From: Thermoplasmata archaeon
GTDB taxonomy: Archaea; Thermoplasmatota; Thermoplasmata; RBG-16-68-12; SOIM01
Direction of reading: 5' to 3'
DNA: 64,000 nucleotides
NCBI GenBank assembly: GCA_023140195.1
Contig: JAGLME010000001.1
Location: forward strand, 193,146-257,145
The notes beneath the pieces were generated by a model. That model made no database searches. It was not told the DNA's origin and was given only the letters and a program-made list of their open reading frames with translations. Both the position numbers and the translations under genes were made by a program. Shown here one piece after another: positions 17,503 through 26,102 of this stretch (its first letter is position 1; each line of letters starts with the position of its first letter).

Positions 17503-18120
17503 GTGAAGAACATGGATAAGAAACACCTCGAACTGATGTTGGAGCGGGTCAAGCAGCATCCATCACCCAGGGCCCAGCTCGAGCAATATACCACACCGTC
17601 CACAATCGCAGCCGATGCCCTCTATCTTGCTCTGGGCCTCGGTGACATCGTTGAATGCAAGGTCGCGGACCTGGGATGCGGCACGGGCATACTGGCTATC
17701 GGGGCGAAGGTACTGGGAGCAGCAGAAGCCGTGGGCGTCGACATAGACTCTGACGCCATTGAGATCGCCAAGTCGAACGCTGAAGAGCTGGACGTGAACG
17801 TCAGGTTCGAGCAGATGTCCGTCCTCAAGTTCGAAGAAGAATGCGACACGGCAATACAGAACCCCCCCTTCGGAGCCCAGAAGAAGCACGCTGACGTCCC
17901 TTTCATCACCAAGGCCTTGGCAATATCTCCAGTTGTCTATTCATTTCATCTCACCAAAACCGAAGACTTCATAACAAAAGAGGCTGATTTACTCGGCGCG
18001 AGAATAACACACACCGTGGAATACAAGTTCCCGATACCTCACACGTATCCGTTCCACAAGAAGAAAGTGAAACATTTCGAAGTGACGTTGTTCAGACTAG
18101 AAGGTAGGAAATATGACTAA
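17503..18120 (+). CDS. class I SAM-dependent methyltransferase, COG2263/METTL5-like putative RNA m6A methylase
   Basis: The SAM-binding motif VADLGCGTGILAI is present. DIDSDAIE and NPPFG (the NPPF/NPPY amino-methyltransferase motif) are also present, and the ~200-aa size fits. Confidence 0.6.
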   Translation: MKNMDKKHLELMLERVKQHPSPRAQLEQYTTPSTIAADALYLALGLGDIVECKVADLGCGTGILAIGAKVLGAAEAVGVDIDSDAIEIAKSNAEELDVNVRFEQMSVLKFEEECDTAIQNPPFGAQKKHADVPFITKALAISPVVYSFHLTKTEDFITKEADLLGARITHTVEYKFPIPHTYPFHKKKVKHFEVTLFRLEGRKYD

Positions 18121-18670
18121 GAAACTGGTATTACCCGGAGAGCTCGTAGCAGTCAGCGAGGAGTTCATGGCAGGAGAAGGCACCTACGACCAAGACGGCA
18201 AGATATACTCATCATACGTCGGCGAGGTGGACCTGGACGCCCAGCAGAAGATTGCGCGCGTGAAGGCATTCAATCCGCCCATTCAGTTGAAGGTGGGAGA
18301 TGTCGTCTACGGCACGGTCCGTGACGTCAAGGAGACCATGGCCATGATCACACTGTTCCAGGCCGAGGGCACTGACAGGCAGATCTCCGGCGAGACGGAA
18401 GCATCGCTGCATATCTCAAAGATATCCAGCGGCTACACCGAGAGCATCAGGAACGAACTTAGGAAGACCGATATCCTTCGCGGCATCATCATCCAGGTCA
18501 AACCATCACTGCAGCTGGCGACCGACAGGGACAACTTGGGCGTTCTGAAGGCATTGTGCACACGATGCCGTTCGCCTTTGGTGCAGAAGGGCAGGGATCT
18601 GTACTGCGAGATCTGTAAAAGAAATGAGTCCAGAAAGGCCGCGAGCGACTACTCTGACCCATCTGTGTGA
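18113..18670 (+). CDS. csl4: exosome complex RNA-binding subunit Csl4-like (S1 domain + Zn ribbon)
   Basis: The N-terminus VLPGELVAVSEEFMAGEGTY is Csl4-like. A central S1-like region follows, and the C-terminus carries CTRCRSPLVQKGRDLYCEICK (CxxC-x13-CxxC). Confidence 0.55.
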   Translation: MTKKLVLPGELVAVSEEFMAGEGTYDQDGKIYSSYVGEVDLDAQQKIARVKAFNPPIQLKVGDVVYGTVRDVKETMAMITLFQAEGTDRQISGETEASLHISKISSGYTESIRNELRKTDILRGIIIQVKPSLQLATDRDNLGVLKALCTRCRSPLVQKGRDLYCEICKRNESRKAASDYSDPSV

Positions 18671-18891
18671 TGGGAAAGGTTAAAAACCCTAAGAGCCATA
18701 GTGGAAACCCGAAGGAGTTGAGGCGGACGGACACCAAAGAAGACCTGCTAGCGGAGATACAAAAACTCAGGACCGAACTTCAGCAGATCAGGGAGATCGT
18801 GAGCACGCTTTTCCAGATGGTTGTCGAGGAATACGACGAAGAGTTGGATTTCTCTCCTGAAGGCAGGGAAGGCTTTTCTATATACAACTAA
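18667..18891 (+). CDS. hypothetical small coiled-coil protein
   Basis: The start overlaps the Csl4 stop. It is basic at the N-terminus and acidic at the C-terminus. No recognisable domain is present. Confidence 0.3.
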   Translation: MMGKVKNPKSHSGNPKELRRTDTKEDLLAEIQKLRTELQQIREIVSTLFQMVVEEYDEELDFSPEGREGFSIYN

Positions 18892-18902
18892 ATCACCTTT
18901 TC

Positions 18903-20114
18903 ATGCCAGACATTCTGTCCAGGGTGATGGCCCACGACCGATGGAGACTCGAAGAGTGTCTTAACCTTCAACCTTCTGAGAATGTCACCAGTCCTCAGGT
19001 CAGGAATATCCTTTCATCTGACCTCGGCCACAGGTACACACTGCCTTTTGACCAGGTTCTGCACGGGGTTTATGTGGAGAACGCCTATCGCGGGACCAAG
19101 TATTTGGATGATATTGAGAGAGAGGGCGAAAGGCTGGCTTGCGACGTCTTTGGGTCGAGGTTCGCTTCTCTGAAGCCATTGTCCGGCCATGTCTCTGCCT
19201 TGATGATGCTGACCGCTTGCTGCGAGAAGGGGGACGAGATCCTCACGATCAGGCCAGAACACGGCGGATACGACGGCTACTGGGAGGGTTACATGCCCAA
19301 GATGCTGGGTCTTGAGGTCTCTGCACTCCCGTTCGTGGAGGAGAGATGGAACTTGGACCACGAGAAGGCTGCTGAACAGATCACTCAAAGGAAGCCAAAG
19401 CTCGTTGTGGTCGGGGCAAGCTTCTTCCTGTTCCCCTATCAGTTGAAGGTCCTGCGGGATGCCTGCGATGACGCCGGTTCTCTTCTGGGATATGACGCTT
19501 CTCATGTTCTTGGGCTGATTGCCGGCGGTGAGTTCCAGAGGCCCTTGGATGATGGTGTGGATATCGTATGTGGAAGCACCCACAAGTCGTTCTTCGGTCC
19601 TCAGGGCGGGGTGATACTCACTAACAGGGAGGACCTGTGCTCTTCGGTGAAGGAGATCCTATTCTGGACGGTAATGGACAATGCCCACTGGAACCGGGTT
19701 TCTGCCCTTGCCCAGGCCATGCTCGAGATGAAGGAGTTCGGCTCGGACTATGCCAAGCAGGTGATCTCTAACTCGAAGACCCTCGCCAAAGCCCTGGATG
19801 ACGGGGGCTTCCCCATGAAGTTCGGGGATTCCGGATACACAGATTGTCATCAGATGCAGGTGGACACCGAAGCGGTTCGAGAGAACATGGGCTTCACACC
19901 TCACGAGTACTCCTGCAAGCTCGAAGAGTCCAATATCATTGTGGATTCGATGGGGAGGACCGGAACCAACGAGATGACCAGAATGGGTGCGGATGAGGGG
20001 ACGATGGAAGAGATCTCGGACATATTCATCCGAACACTGAAAGATGAGGACACCAAGCCAGATGTCAAGAAGCTCAGGTCATCCTTGAAGTTGAAGTACA
20101 TCTTCGAGGAATGA
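18903..20114 (+). CDS. serine hydroxymethyltransferase (SHMT/GlyA) family PLP enzyme, short divergent form
   Basis: LQPSENVTSPQV aligns with the SHMT LIASENFTS motif. PLSGHVSAL and the PLP-lysine motif GSTHKSFFGPQGG (SHMT: TTTHKTLRGPRGG) are present. At 403 aa it is shorter than canonical GlyA. Confidence 0.6.
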   Translation: MPDILSRVMAHDRWRLEECLNLQPSENVTSPQVRNILSSDLGHRYTLPFDQVLHGVYVENAYRGTKYLDDIEREGERLACDVFGSRFASLKPLSGHVSALMMLTACCEKGDEILTIRPEHGGYDGYWEGYMPKMLGLEVSALPFVEERWNLDHEKAAEQITQRKPKLVVVGASFFLFPYQLKVLRDACDDAGSLLGYDASHVLGLIAGGEFQRPLDDGVDIVCGSTHKSFFGPQGGVILTNREDLCSSVKEILFWTVMDNAHWNRVSALAQAMLEMKEFGSDYAKQVISNSKTLAKALDDGGFPMKFGDSGYTDCHQMQVDTEAVRENMGFTPHEYSCKLEESNIIVDSMGRTGTNEMTRMGADEGTMEEISDIFIRTLKDEDTKPDVKKLRSSLKLKYIFEE

Positions 20115-20157
20115 TGCCTTGGGACGGCAAATCAATAATACCGGAGTTCAAATCACT

Positions 20158-21177
20158 ATGGACGTCAAGATGAAATCAGACAGGTATGCACGCCAGACCA
20201 TTCTTTCTGAGATTGGAGATGAAGGTCAGAAGAAACTGGATCAAGGCAGGGTCGCTGTGGTCGGTCTCGGGGCCCTGGGATCGGTCAGTTCATCTCTTCT
20301 CGCGAGGGCCGGTGTGGGCAAGCTTGTACTTATCGACAGAGATGTGGTCGAGCTCAACAACCTGCAGAGACAGATCATCTACACCGAGGACGATGTGGGA
20401 GAATCGAAGGCCGTGGTCGCCGCCGAGGCGCTCCTGAGCGTCAATCCAGACATTGAGATCATGGGCCTGGCCAATGATCTGAACCATCGGAACATATCAA
20501 GATTTCTGAACGATGTCGATGTCATTGTCGACGGCACTGACAACATGGAGACCCGCTTCCTTCTGAACGATTATGCTGTCAAGAACCAGATCCCGTACAT
20601 CTACGCCGGGGCCATAGCCACATATGGAATGACACTGACGATCCAACCAAAGAAGGGTCCCTGCTTGAGATGCCTCTTTCCCCGAACGCCGGTACCGGGT
20701 ACGCTGCCCACATGCGATACTTTCGGAATACTCAATACGGCTTCAACTCTCATAGCATCTCTCCAGACCACGGAAGCAATCAAGCTTGTCGTCGGTCACG
20801 GACCCAGGAAGACACTACTTATCGTCGACCCCTGGTACAACGATCAGAGGGAGATCGAGGTTTCCCGACGGGAGGACTGCGACTGCTGTGAGAAGGGGGA
20901 GTATGATCACCTGGACGCCAAGACCAAGGACGTGGTTGTCGTTCTGTGCGGAAGAGATGCGTGCTCAGTGACCCCCCCAAAGGGCTCAGAAGTCCCCCTC
21001 GCAGAGCTTGAAGAGCGGCTGTCGAAGGTCGGCCAGACCAAGACAGGCAGAGGCACGCTTTCCGTTTCTGTTGACGGGTATGAGATCATCTTGTTCAAGG
21101 ACGGCAGGGCCCTGATAAGGGGTACGGATGACGAGGCCAAGGCCAAGTCACTTTATTCGCAGTACATAGGGCACTGA
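20158..21177 (+). CDS. E1-like ThiF/MoeB/UbaA-family adenylyltransferase with C-terminal ~75-aa extra domain
   Basis: RYARQ is present, followed by the Rossmann glycine motif VAVVGLGALGS and LIDRDVVELNNLQRQ. There are two Cys pairs (PCLRC and CDCC). The C-terminal domain LSVSVDGYEIILFKDGRALIRGTDDEAKAKSLYSQY is absent from canonical ThiF/MoeB. The listed ORF starts at 20119, and the start I chose is 20158. Confidence 0.65.
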   Translation: MDVKMKSDRYARQTILSEIGDEGQKKLDQGRVAVVGLGALGSVSSSLLARAGVGKLVLIDRDVVELNNLQRQIIYTEDDVGESKAVVAAEALLSVNPDIEIMGLANDLNHRNISRFLNDVDVIVDGTDNMETRFLLNDYAVKNQIPYIYAGAIATYGMTLTIQPKKGPCLRCLFPRTPVPGTLPTCDTFGILNTASTLIASLQTTEAIKLVVGHGPRKTLLIVDPWYNDQREIEVSRREDCDCCEKGEYDHLDAKTKDVVVVLCGRDACSVTPPKGSEVPLAELEERLSKVGQTKTGRGTLSVSVDGYEIILFKDGRALIRGTDDEAKAKSLYSQYIGH

Positions 21178-21181
21178 GGAG

Positions 21182-21814
21182 TTGAGGTCTTTGAAGGTCG
21201 TTTCATTGCTTTCGGGTGGTATCGATTCTCCTGTCTCAACCCACATGCTGCTGAGAAAAGGCGTGGATGTGATTGCCGTTCATTATGATAACCAGCCGTT
21301 CACCGACGAGAAAATGCTGAACAAGACCAAGGATCTGATCGACAAGCTGGAGGAGCATTCAGGGAAAACGATGAAGAAGTACATCGTTCCCCACGGACCT
21401 TCGCAAGCGGCCATTGCCAGGAACGCTCACAGGAGGTACCAGTGCGTCATGTGCAGGAGGATGATGTTCCGTATCGCTGAACGCATTGCGGAGATGGAAG
21501 GCGCCGAGGCGATTGCCACAGGAGAGTCCTTGGGTCAGGTGGCCTCTCAGACGTTACCTAACATCAGGACCGAGGAACAGGCCGTGTCCATACCCATACT
21601 CCGCCCTCTCATTGGTCTGGACAAGGTGGAGATAGAGAGGATCGCCAAGGAGATCGGAACCTACGAATCATCGATCGGTCCGGGACTTTGCTGCACGATC
21701 GTCCCCGAGAAGCCGTCCACGAAATCAAGACTCAAGGCGATATTGGAAGAAGAGAGCAAGATCGACATCGAGGATCTGGTCGAGAAGGCGTTGGAAGGAG
21801 CCGAAGTGATATGA
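21182..21814 (+). CDS. ThiI-like PP-loop ATP pyrophosphatase (AANH domain only, no THUMP or rhodanese)
   Basis: The PP-loop LSGGIDSPV is identical to the ThiI signature. CVMC (CxxC) and a downstream CC (LCCTIV) are present, resembling the Fe-S-ligating Cys of methanogen ThiI. At 210 aa it corresponds to the catalytic domain only. Confidence 0.6.
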   Translation: MRSLKVVSLLSGGIDSPVSTHMLLRKGVDVIAVHYDNQPFTDEKMLNKTKDLIDKLEEHSGKTMKKYIVPHGPSQAAIARNAHRRYQCVMCRRMMFRIAERIAEMEGAEAIATGESLGQVASQTLPNIRTEEQAVSIPILRPLIGLDKVEIERIAKEIGTYESSIGPGLCCTIVPEKPSTKSRLKAILEEESKIDIEDLVEKALEGAEVI

Positions 21815-22086
21815 CATACTATCTGCTGAAGCCCTGCAAAGGTCACGCTGGTTATCTGTCCAACATGAAGAAGAGGACCAAAGTGGACCTGAGAACGGCT
21901 ATCGGTCTCCTTGAATCGAACGGTTACGAAGTGATGGATATCAAGCATCTCCTGATCGCAAAGAAGGGCATAGAGGTGACAGTCTATCCAAACGGGAAGC
22001 TCCTGGTGAAGACCGATGATGAGGACGATGCCAGACAGGCTGCTGAAGCCATCTACAGCATCATACTCTCCGACTCAGAACCATAA
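21811..22086 (+). CDS. small protein homologous to the C-terminal domain of the E1-like enzyme (TBP-like-fold signature?)
   Basis: The ATG overlaps the ThiI-like stop (ATGA). The segment KKGIEVTVYPNGKLLVKTDDEDDARQAAEAIYSII aligns with the E1-like C-terminus VDGYEIILFKDGRALIRGTDDEAKAKSLYSQYI. The pattern x-GK-hhh-K/T-G/T-DDE..A resembles a TBP-fold half repeat. Confidence 0.4.
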   Translation: MTYYLLKPCKGHAGYLSNMKKRTKVDLRTAIGLLESNGYEVMDIKHLLIAKKGIEVTVYPNGKLLVKTDDEDDARQAAEAIYSIILSDSEP

Positions 22087-22116
22087 CCTTTTTTCCTATC
22101 TCCCCTATCTGGAATC

Positions 22117-22623
22117 GTGCCATTTGTACTCGACGCTTCTGCACTGCTTGCTGGGAAGGACCTTCTTCTCGAAGAGATGTTCTGCACGCCGCATGTTCTG
22201 GAGGAAGTGAAAGGAAAGGACCCGACTATACAGCTCATGTCGATGATCGAGACCCGGGTGGAGGTGCGCGATCCTTCGGACGAAAGCGTGACGAAGGTGA
22301 ATGAGGCCGCAGGAAGGACGGGCGATGCGAAGAGGTTGTCTCCGGCTGACGTGGGAGTTATCGCCTTGGCCATTGATCTGGATGCCACCATCATTACCGA
22401 TGACTATTCAATACAGAATGTCGCAAATGAACTGGGTTTGGATTACAGCGGCCTTTCGTTCCCTGACATCAAGAGGAAGGTCGAATGGGGATATCGATGT
22501 GTTGGATGCGGAAAACGCTTCGAAGAACCGATGGATGAATGCCCCATCTGCGGGTCAAGGATCAAGACCACGCCCAAGTCTACTTCCCGAATCTCCTCTG
22601 CCTCAGCTGATAGGAGCGAATAG
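22117..22623 (+). CDS. nob1: Nob1-like PIN endonuclease with C-terminal zinc ribbon
   Basis: The PIN acidic residues VLDAS...EEV...TDDYS are present. The C-terminus carries CVGCGKRF...CPICGS. The ~170-aa size is typical of archaeal Nob1. Confidence 0.65.
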   Translation: MPFVLDASALLAGKDLLLEEMFCTPHVLEEVKGKDPTIQLMSMIETRVEVRDPSDESVTKVNEAAGRTGDAKRLSPADVGVIALAIDLDATIITDDYSIQNVANELGLDYSGLSFPDIKRKVEWGYRCVGCGKRFEEPMDECPICGSRIKTTPKSTSRISSASADRSE

Positions 22624-23374
22624 ACCTCAAGAAATCGATCTTCCTGAACCCCGGCCAGTACACGTCCACGAAATAGAGTTCTGAATATGCGATCTGCCAC
22701 AGGAGGAAGTTGCTGATCCTCTCTTCTCCGGATGTTCGGAGTATTAGGTCGGGATCCGGAAGGCCGCCTGTGTACAGTTTTGACGATATGAGTTCTTGGT
22801 TGATGTCCTCCACAGCCAATCTACCTTCCTTCACATCTGACGCAACCGACTTTATGGCGGTCAGTATCTCTTCCCTTCCACCATAGGCAATCGCCAGGTT
22901 GTAGAGATAACCGTCATAGTCCTTGGTTATGTTCTCGGCGTGTTCGATGGCCTTGACGACATAGTCCGGCAGGAGGTCCCTCTGGCCGAGGACCTTTACT
23001 CTCACCTTGTACTTGTGGACCCTCTCGTCCTCGCCGGCCTTCATGAAGTTCTCGGCGAATAGTTTCATGAGCTTGTCCACTTCTTCCTTTGGGCGCTTGA
23101 GGTTCTCGGTCGAGAATGCGTAGACCGTCAGTATCTTGATGCCGAGTTCCAGACACCACTCCAGGACCTCTTCCAGTTTCTCTTTCCCCTTCTCATGGCC
23201 CCCTGTCTTTCCCAGGCCCAGCTGGTAGGCGTATCGCCTGTTACCGTCCATTATTATCGCGACGTGGTGGGGGATCTTCCCATTGAGTATCTCTCTCAGG
23301 AGCTTCTTCTCGTAGGCCTGATAAGCGGTCTCTGAGATGAGCCTGGAAATCTCTGTTGCCATCCGACGCTTCAT
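22580..23374 (-). CDS. uppS: undecaprenyl/tritrans,polycis-polyprenyl diphosphate synthase (cis-prenyltransferase, UppS)
   Basis: HVAIIMDGNRRYA (UppS signature), ENLKRPKEEV and RTSGEERISNFLLWQ are present. I chose the start at MKRRMATEI; the listed ORF extends to 23416. The 3' end overlaps nob1 convergently. Confidence 0.8.
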   Translation of the reverse strand: MKRRMATEISRLISETAYQAYEKKLLREILNGKIPHHVAIIMDGNRRYAYQLGLGKTGGHEKGKEKLEEVLEWCLELGIKILTVYAFSTENLKRPKEEVDKLMKLFAENFMKAGEDERVHKYKVRVKVLGQRDLLPDYVVKAIEHAENITKDYDGYLYNLAIAYGGREEILTAIKSVASDVKEGRLAVEDINQELISSKLYTGGLPDPDLILRTSGEERISNFLLWQIAYSELYFVDVYWPGFRKIDFLRSIRSYQLRQRRFGK

Positions 23375-23484
23375 AGCGACATCGGATATTTTATCCTTTC
23401 TGGAAGGGGTCCACACAATCTCGTAATGTATTTATATCGAAGACATTCTCTCAAGAAAAAGGCCAGACAATCGGAAGTGCACTG

Positions 23485-24267
23485 ATGAAACTCAATGACT
23501 ATAGGCAGCTGACCAACGAACTGAAGAAGATCACTGATGTTCCAAGGCTGGCGAAAAAATACGGTCTTCACAACGAACTACTTCATGTCATATTCTCACA
23601 GAAGGTCTCGAGGGACACGACCAGACGATTCTACAAGGTGAAGAGGAATACGGGCAAGATGCTCTATCAGTGGAAGAAAGGCAGGACCTTCCTCCAGATC
23701 GCAGATGATCACGATTTTCCACCCACCATGATCGCAATGTTCGTCCTTCAGGAGAACAAGATTCCCAGGAAGCAGATTTGGAACCTTCTTCAGAACCCCG
23801 ACGATATCAAGGACAAGAGAATGCGGAAGGAGATAATCGAAGCCAATAAGGCGGACGGGGTCTACTCCCCAAACGGAATGAAAAGGCAGGTCCAGAGGGG
23901 TAAATGGGGCGAGAACAAGATGGAGAAGTGGTTGAACATCCACAACTTCCAGTTCGAGACCGAGGTCCAGATCAGGGGGAAATACAAGAAGACACCGGAC
24001 TTTCTGCTCAAGAAACCTCTGAAATGGGACGGGCAGGACAAGATATGGATCGAGTCCAAGGCTACCTTCGGGGATGCGTACGAGGTCAAGAGACACGTGA
24101 AGAAGCAGTTGGCACCCTACAAAGAGCTCTTTGGGGACGGTCTCGTGGTCTACTGGTACGGCTATCTCGATGAGCTGAGGGTCAACATGCCCGAAGGCGT
24201 TTCGATGACTGACGGCAGCAGTTTTGAGAAGGATTTGAACAAGATACCGAGAACGGGTCAGATTTGA
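23485..24267 (+). CDS. hypothetical protein with PD-(D/E)xK nuclease-like motif
   Basis: The N-terminal half is basic and helical. The C-terminal half contains TPDFLL...(~20 aa)...IWIESKATFGD, which matches the D-x(n)-E-x-K restriction-endonuclease-fold motif. Confidence 0.35.
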   Translation: MKLNDYRQLTNELKKITDVPRLAKKYGLHNELLHVIFSQKVSRDTTRRFYKVKRNTGKMLYQWKKGRTFLQIADDHDFPPTMIAMFVLQENKIPRKQIWNLLQNPDDIKDKRMRKEIIEANKADGVYSPNGMKRQVQRGKWGENKMEKWLNIHNFQFETEVQIRGKYKKTPDFLLKKPLKWDGQDKIWIESKATFGDAYEVKRHVKKQLAPYKELFGDGLVVYWYGYLDELRVNMPEGVSMTDGSSFEKDLNKIPRTGQI

Positions 24268-24332
24268 CGTTCCCCCGGTCCAAGCGGCCAATCCTGTTTG
24301 ATATCATGACGATTCAGTCAAAACCCAAATCC

Positions 24333-24338
24333 TTATAG
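24333..24338 (+). promoter_or_regulatory. TATA-like CTTATAG upstream of eIF1A
   Basis: Its centre is ~22 nt before the ATG, which suggests a leaderless or near-leaderless transcript. Confidence 0.25.
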
Positions 24339-24357
24339 TCATCAAGTAGATTGTCAG

Positions 24358-24699
24358 ATGAGGTTCAGCTTGGCGAAATATCGAAAAAGGCCAGATGAAG
24401 GAGTACCGATAACTCGAGTTAGACGGCCATGGGTGAACAAAGGTGAGCTGTATGCCGTGGCTGACCAGCTCCTTGGAGCCTCCAGGATCAGGGTCATGTG
24501 CGAGGATGGCAAGTCCCGCATGGGAAGGATCCCCGGCAAGCTGAAGAAGAGGATGTGGATACGCGAGGGCGATCTGCTCATCGTGAAGCCCTGGGACTTC
24601 CAGGACGAGAAGTCCGATATCCTCTACCGGTACACCAAGACCCAGTCCAGCTACCTCAAAAGGAGGGGGTGGATCCCCCACAACATAGACGTGTTTTGA
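24358..24699 (+). CDS. eif1a: translation initiation factor 1A (aIF1A/eIF1A)
   Basis: The S1/OB core RVMCEDGKSRMGRIPGKLKKRMWIREGDLLIVKPWDFQDEKSDILYRY closely matches eIF1A. A TATA-like box lies ~22 nt upstream of the ATG. Confidence 0.8.
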   Translation: MRFSLAKYRKRPDEGVPITRVRRPWVNKGELYAVADQLLGASRIRVMCEDGKSRMGRIPGKLKKRMWIREGDLLIVKPWDFQDEKSDILYRYTKTQSSYLKRRGWIPHNIDVF

Positions 24700-24710
24700 T
24701 TGGGATTTAA

Positions 24711-25472
24711 ATGCTAGATGAGAAGAAGATGCGCCTTTTGGAGTCAAAGATAGACGCTTTCAGGATTCGGGAGAAGGATTCTGACGAAAGGAAGGTCATG
24801 GACGAGGTCTTCGATCAGGAGACCTTGATGTCCCTGTACAAGCTCTTCAACGACAGGGTCGTGGACACCCTTGAGTACTCCATCTCCACTGGTAAGGAAG
24901 GGAACGTCTTCTTGGGAACGACAGATGAAGGCGAATGCGCTATCAAGATCTACCGAATCTCTACGGCCACGTTCAAGAACATATCCAAGTACATCGTGGG
25001 CGACCCGAGGTTCAAGGGCATTTTGGGCAACCACAAGAAGACGGTGATGGCATGGGCCCAGAAGGAGTTCAAGAACCTCAACAGGATGTATGATGCCGAC
25101 GTCAACGTCCCGGAACCCTTAGGCTGTCACAATAACATCCTCGTCATGGAGTACATTTCCGTGGAAGGACATCCAGCGCCTCTTCTCAAGGATGTAAGAC
25201 TTCCAGCTCCCACCAAGGTCTTCCGTCAGGTCGTAGAGAGCATGAGGCTCATAGACGAGTCAGACTTGGTCCACGGGGACCTGAGCGAGTACAACATGCT
25301 GATGAGGGAAGGGGAACCGGTGATAATCGATGTCGGCCAGGCGGTGACATTGGGCCACCCTCTTGCAGAGGAATGGTTCATCAGGGACGTGACCAACATA
25401 GCAAACTACTTCTCCAGACTCGGCGTTCGTACGGACGTGGACAAGATGATCAAGAAGATCCGAGGTGGGTAG
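24711..25472 (+). CDS. rio1: RIO-type serine/threonine kinase Rio1
   Basis: ISTGKEGNVF, the hinge VMEYI, the catalytic LVHGDLSEYNML and IIDVGQAV are present. There is no N-terminal wHTH, so it is Rio1 rather than Rio2. Confidence 0.8.
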   Translation: MLDEKKMRLLESKIDAFRIREKDSDERKVMDEVFDQETLMSLYKLFNDRVVDTLEYSISTGKEGNVFLGTTDEGECAIKIYRISTATFKNISKYIVGDPRFKGILGNHKKTVMAWAQKEFKNLNRMYDADVNVPEPLGCHNNILVMEYISVEGHPAPLLKDVRLPAPTKVFRQVVESMRLIDESDLVHGDLSEYNMLMREGEPVIIDVGQAVTLGHPLAEEWFIRDVTNIANYFSRLGVRTDVDKMIKKIRGG

Positions 25473-25494
25473 GACGCTGTTCGCGAGGATTCCC

Positions 25495-26013
25495 ATGGAG
25501 AGGATCGGTGTTCTCATTGGGCCTGACGGAAACACCAAGAAGAAGATCGAAGAGGAGACCGGCATCACACTGGACATCGATTCCAAGACAGGCGAGATAT
25601 CAATAGACGAGAGCAAGGCGGAGGACCCATCATTGGCGCTGAGAGCATTGGATATCACAAAGGCCATTGGGAGAGGGTTCTCCGAAGAAAGGGCGCTGAG
25701 GCTGGTGGACCCTGAGGAGTACTTCAGAACCATGGACATCCGCGACTTTGCAGGCAAGAACAGGAAGAGGATAAACCAGCTCAAAGGTCGTCTCATTGGC
25801 AGCAAGGGAAAGACCCGGAGGATAATCGAGGAGCTCTCGGGTGTGGATATGTCCGTTCACGGGAACACGGTATCTCTCATAGGCGATATGCTTAGGATCG
25901 ACATCGCCGAGAAAGCGGTGGAGATGGTCTTGGAAGGCAGCGAACACGCTGCGGTATACAGATTCCTGGAGAACAAGCGCAGAGAGATCAAGATGGCCGA
26001 GATGGGTTTCTGA
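25495..26013 (+). CDS. KH-domain RNA-binding protein (archaeal Dim2/Pno1-like)
   Basis: Two KH type-I motifs are present (IGVLIGPDGNTKKKIEEETG and LIGSKGKTRRIIEELSG). It lies directly after Rio1 as part of the conserved eIF1A-Rio1-Dim2 arrangement. An alternative GTG start at 25465 overlaps the Rio1 stop. Confidence 0.6.
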   Translation: MERIGVLIGPDGNTKKKIEEETGITLDIDSKTGEISIDESKAEDPSLALRALDITKAIGRGFSEERALRLVDPEEYFRTMDIRDFAGKNRKRINQLKGRLIGSKGKTRRIIEELSGVDMSVHGNTVSLIGDMLRIDIAEKAVEMVLEGSEHAAVYRFLENKRREIKMAEMGF

Positions 26014-26102
26014 GCCTTCTATGGTCGTCGTTCAATTGATTCCAGAAAGGATTAATAATCGTCCTGAGGTTAGGGTGAAAGAAAGGCATTATTGACAATC
26101 TA

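Noticed and set aside
18903-20114. Considered whether the short SHMT-family protein is a pseudogene.
   Set aside because: The reading frame is intact, all PLP-binding motifs including the STHK lysine are present, and the C-terminus is complete. It is more likely a divergent short archaeal form.
21688-22086. A 132-aa ORF overlapping the 3' end of the ThiI-like gene in another frame.
   Set aside because: Only the part after the ThiI-like stop, from the ATG at 21811, has protein-like composition and homology to the E1 C-terminal domain. The upstream 41 codons are frame overlap.
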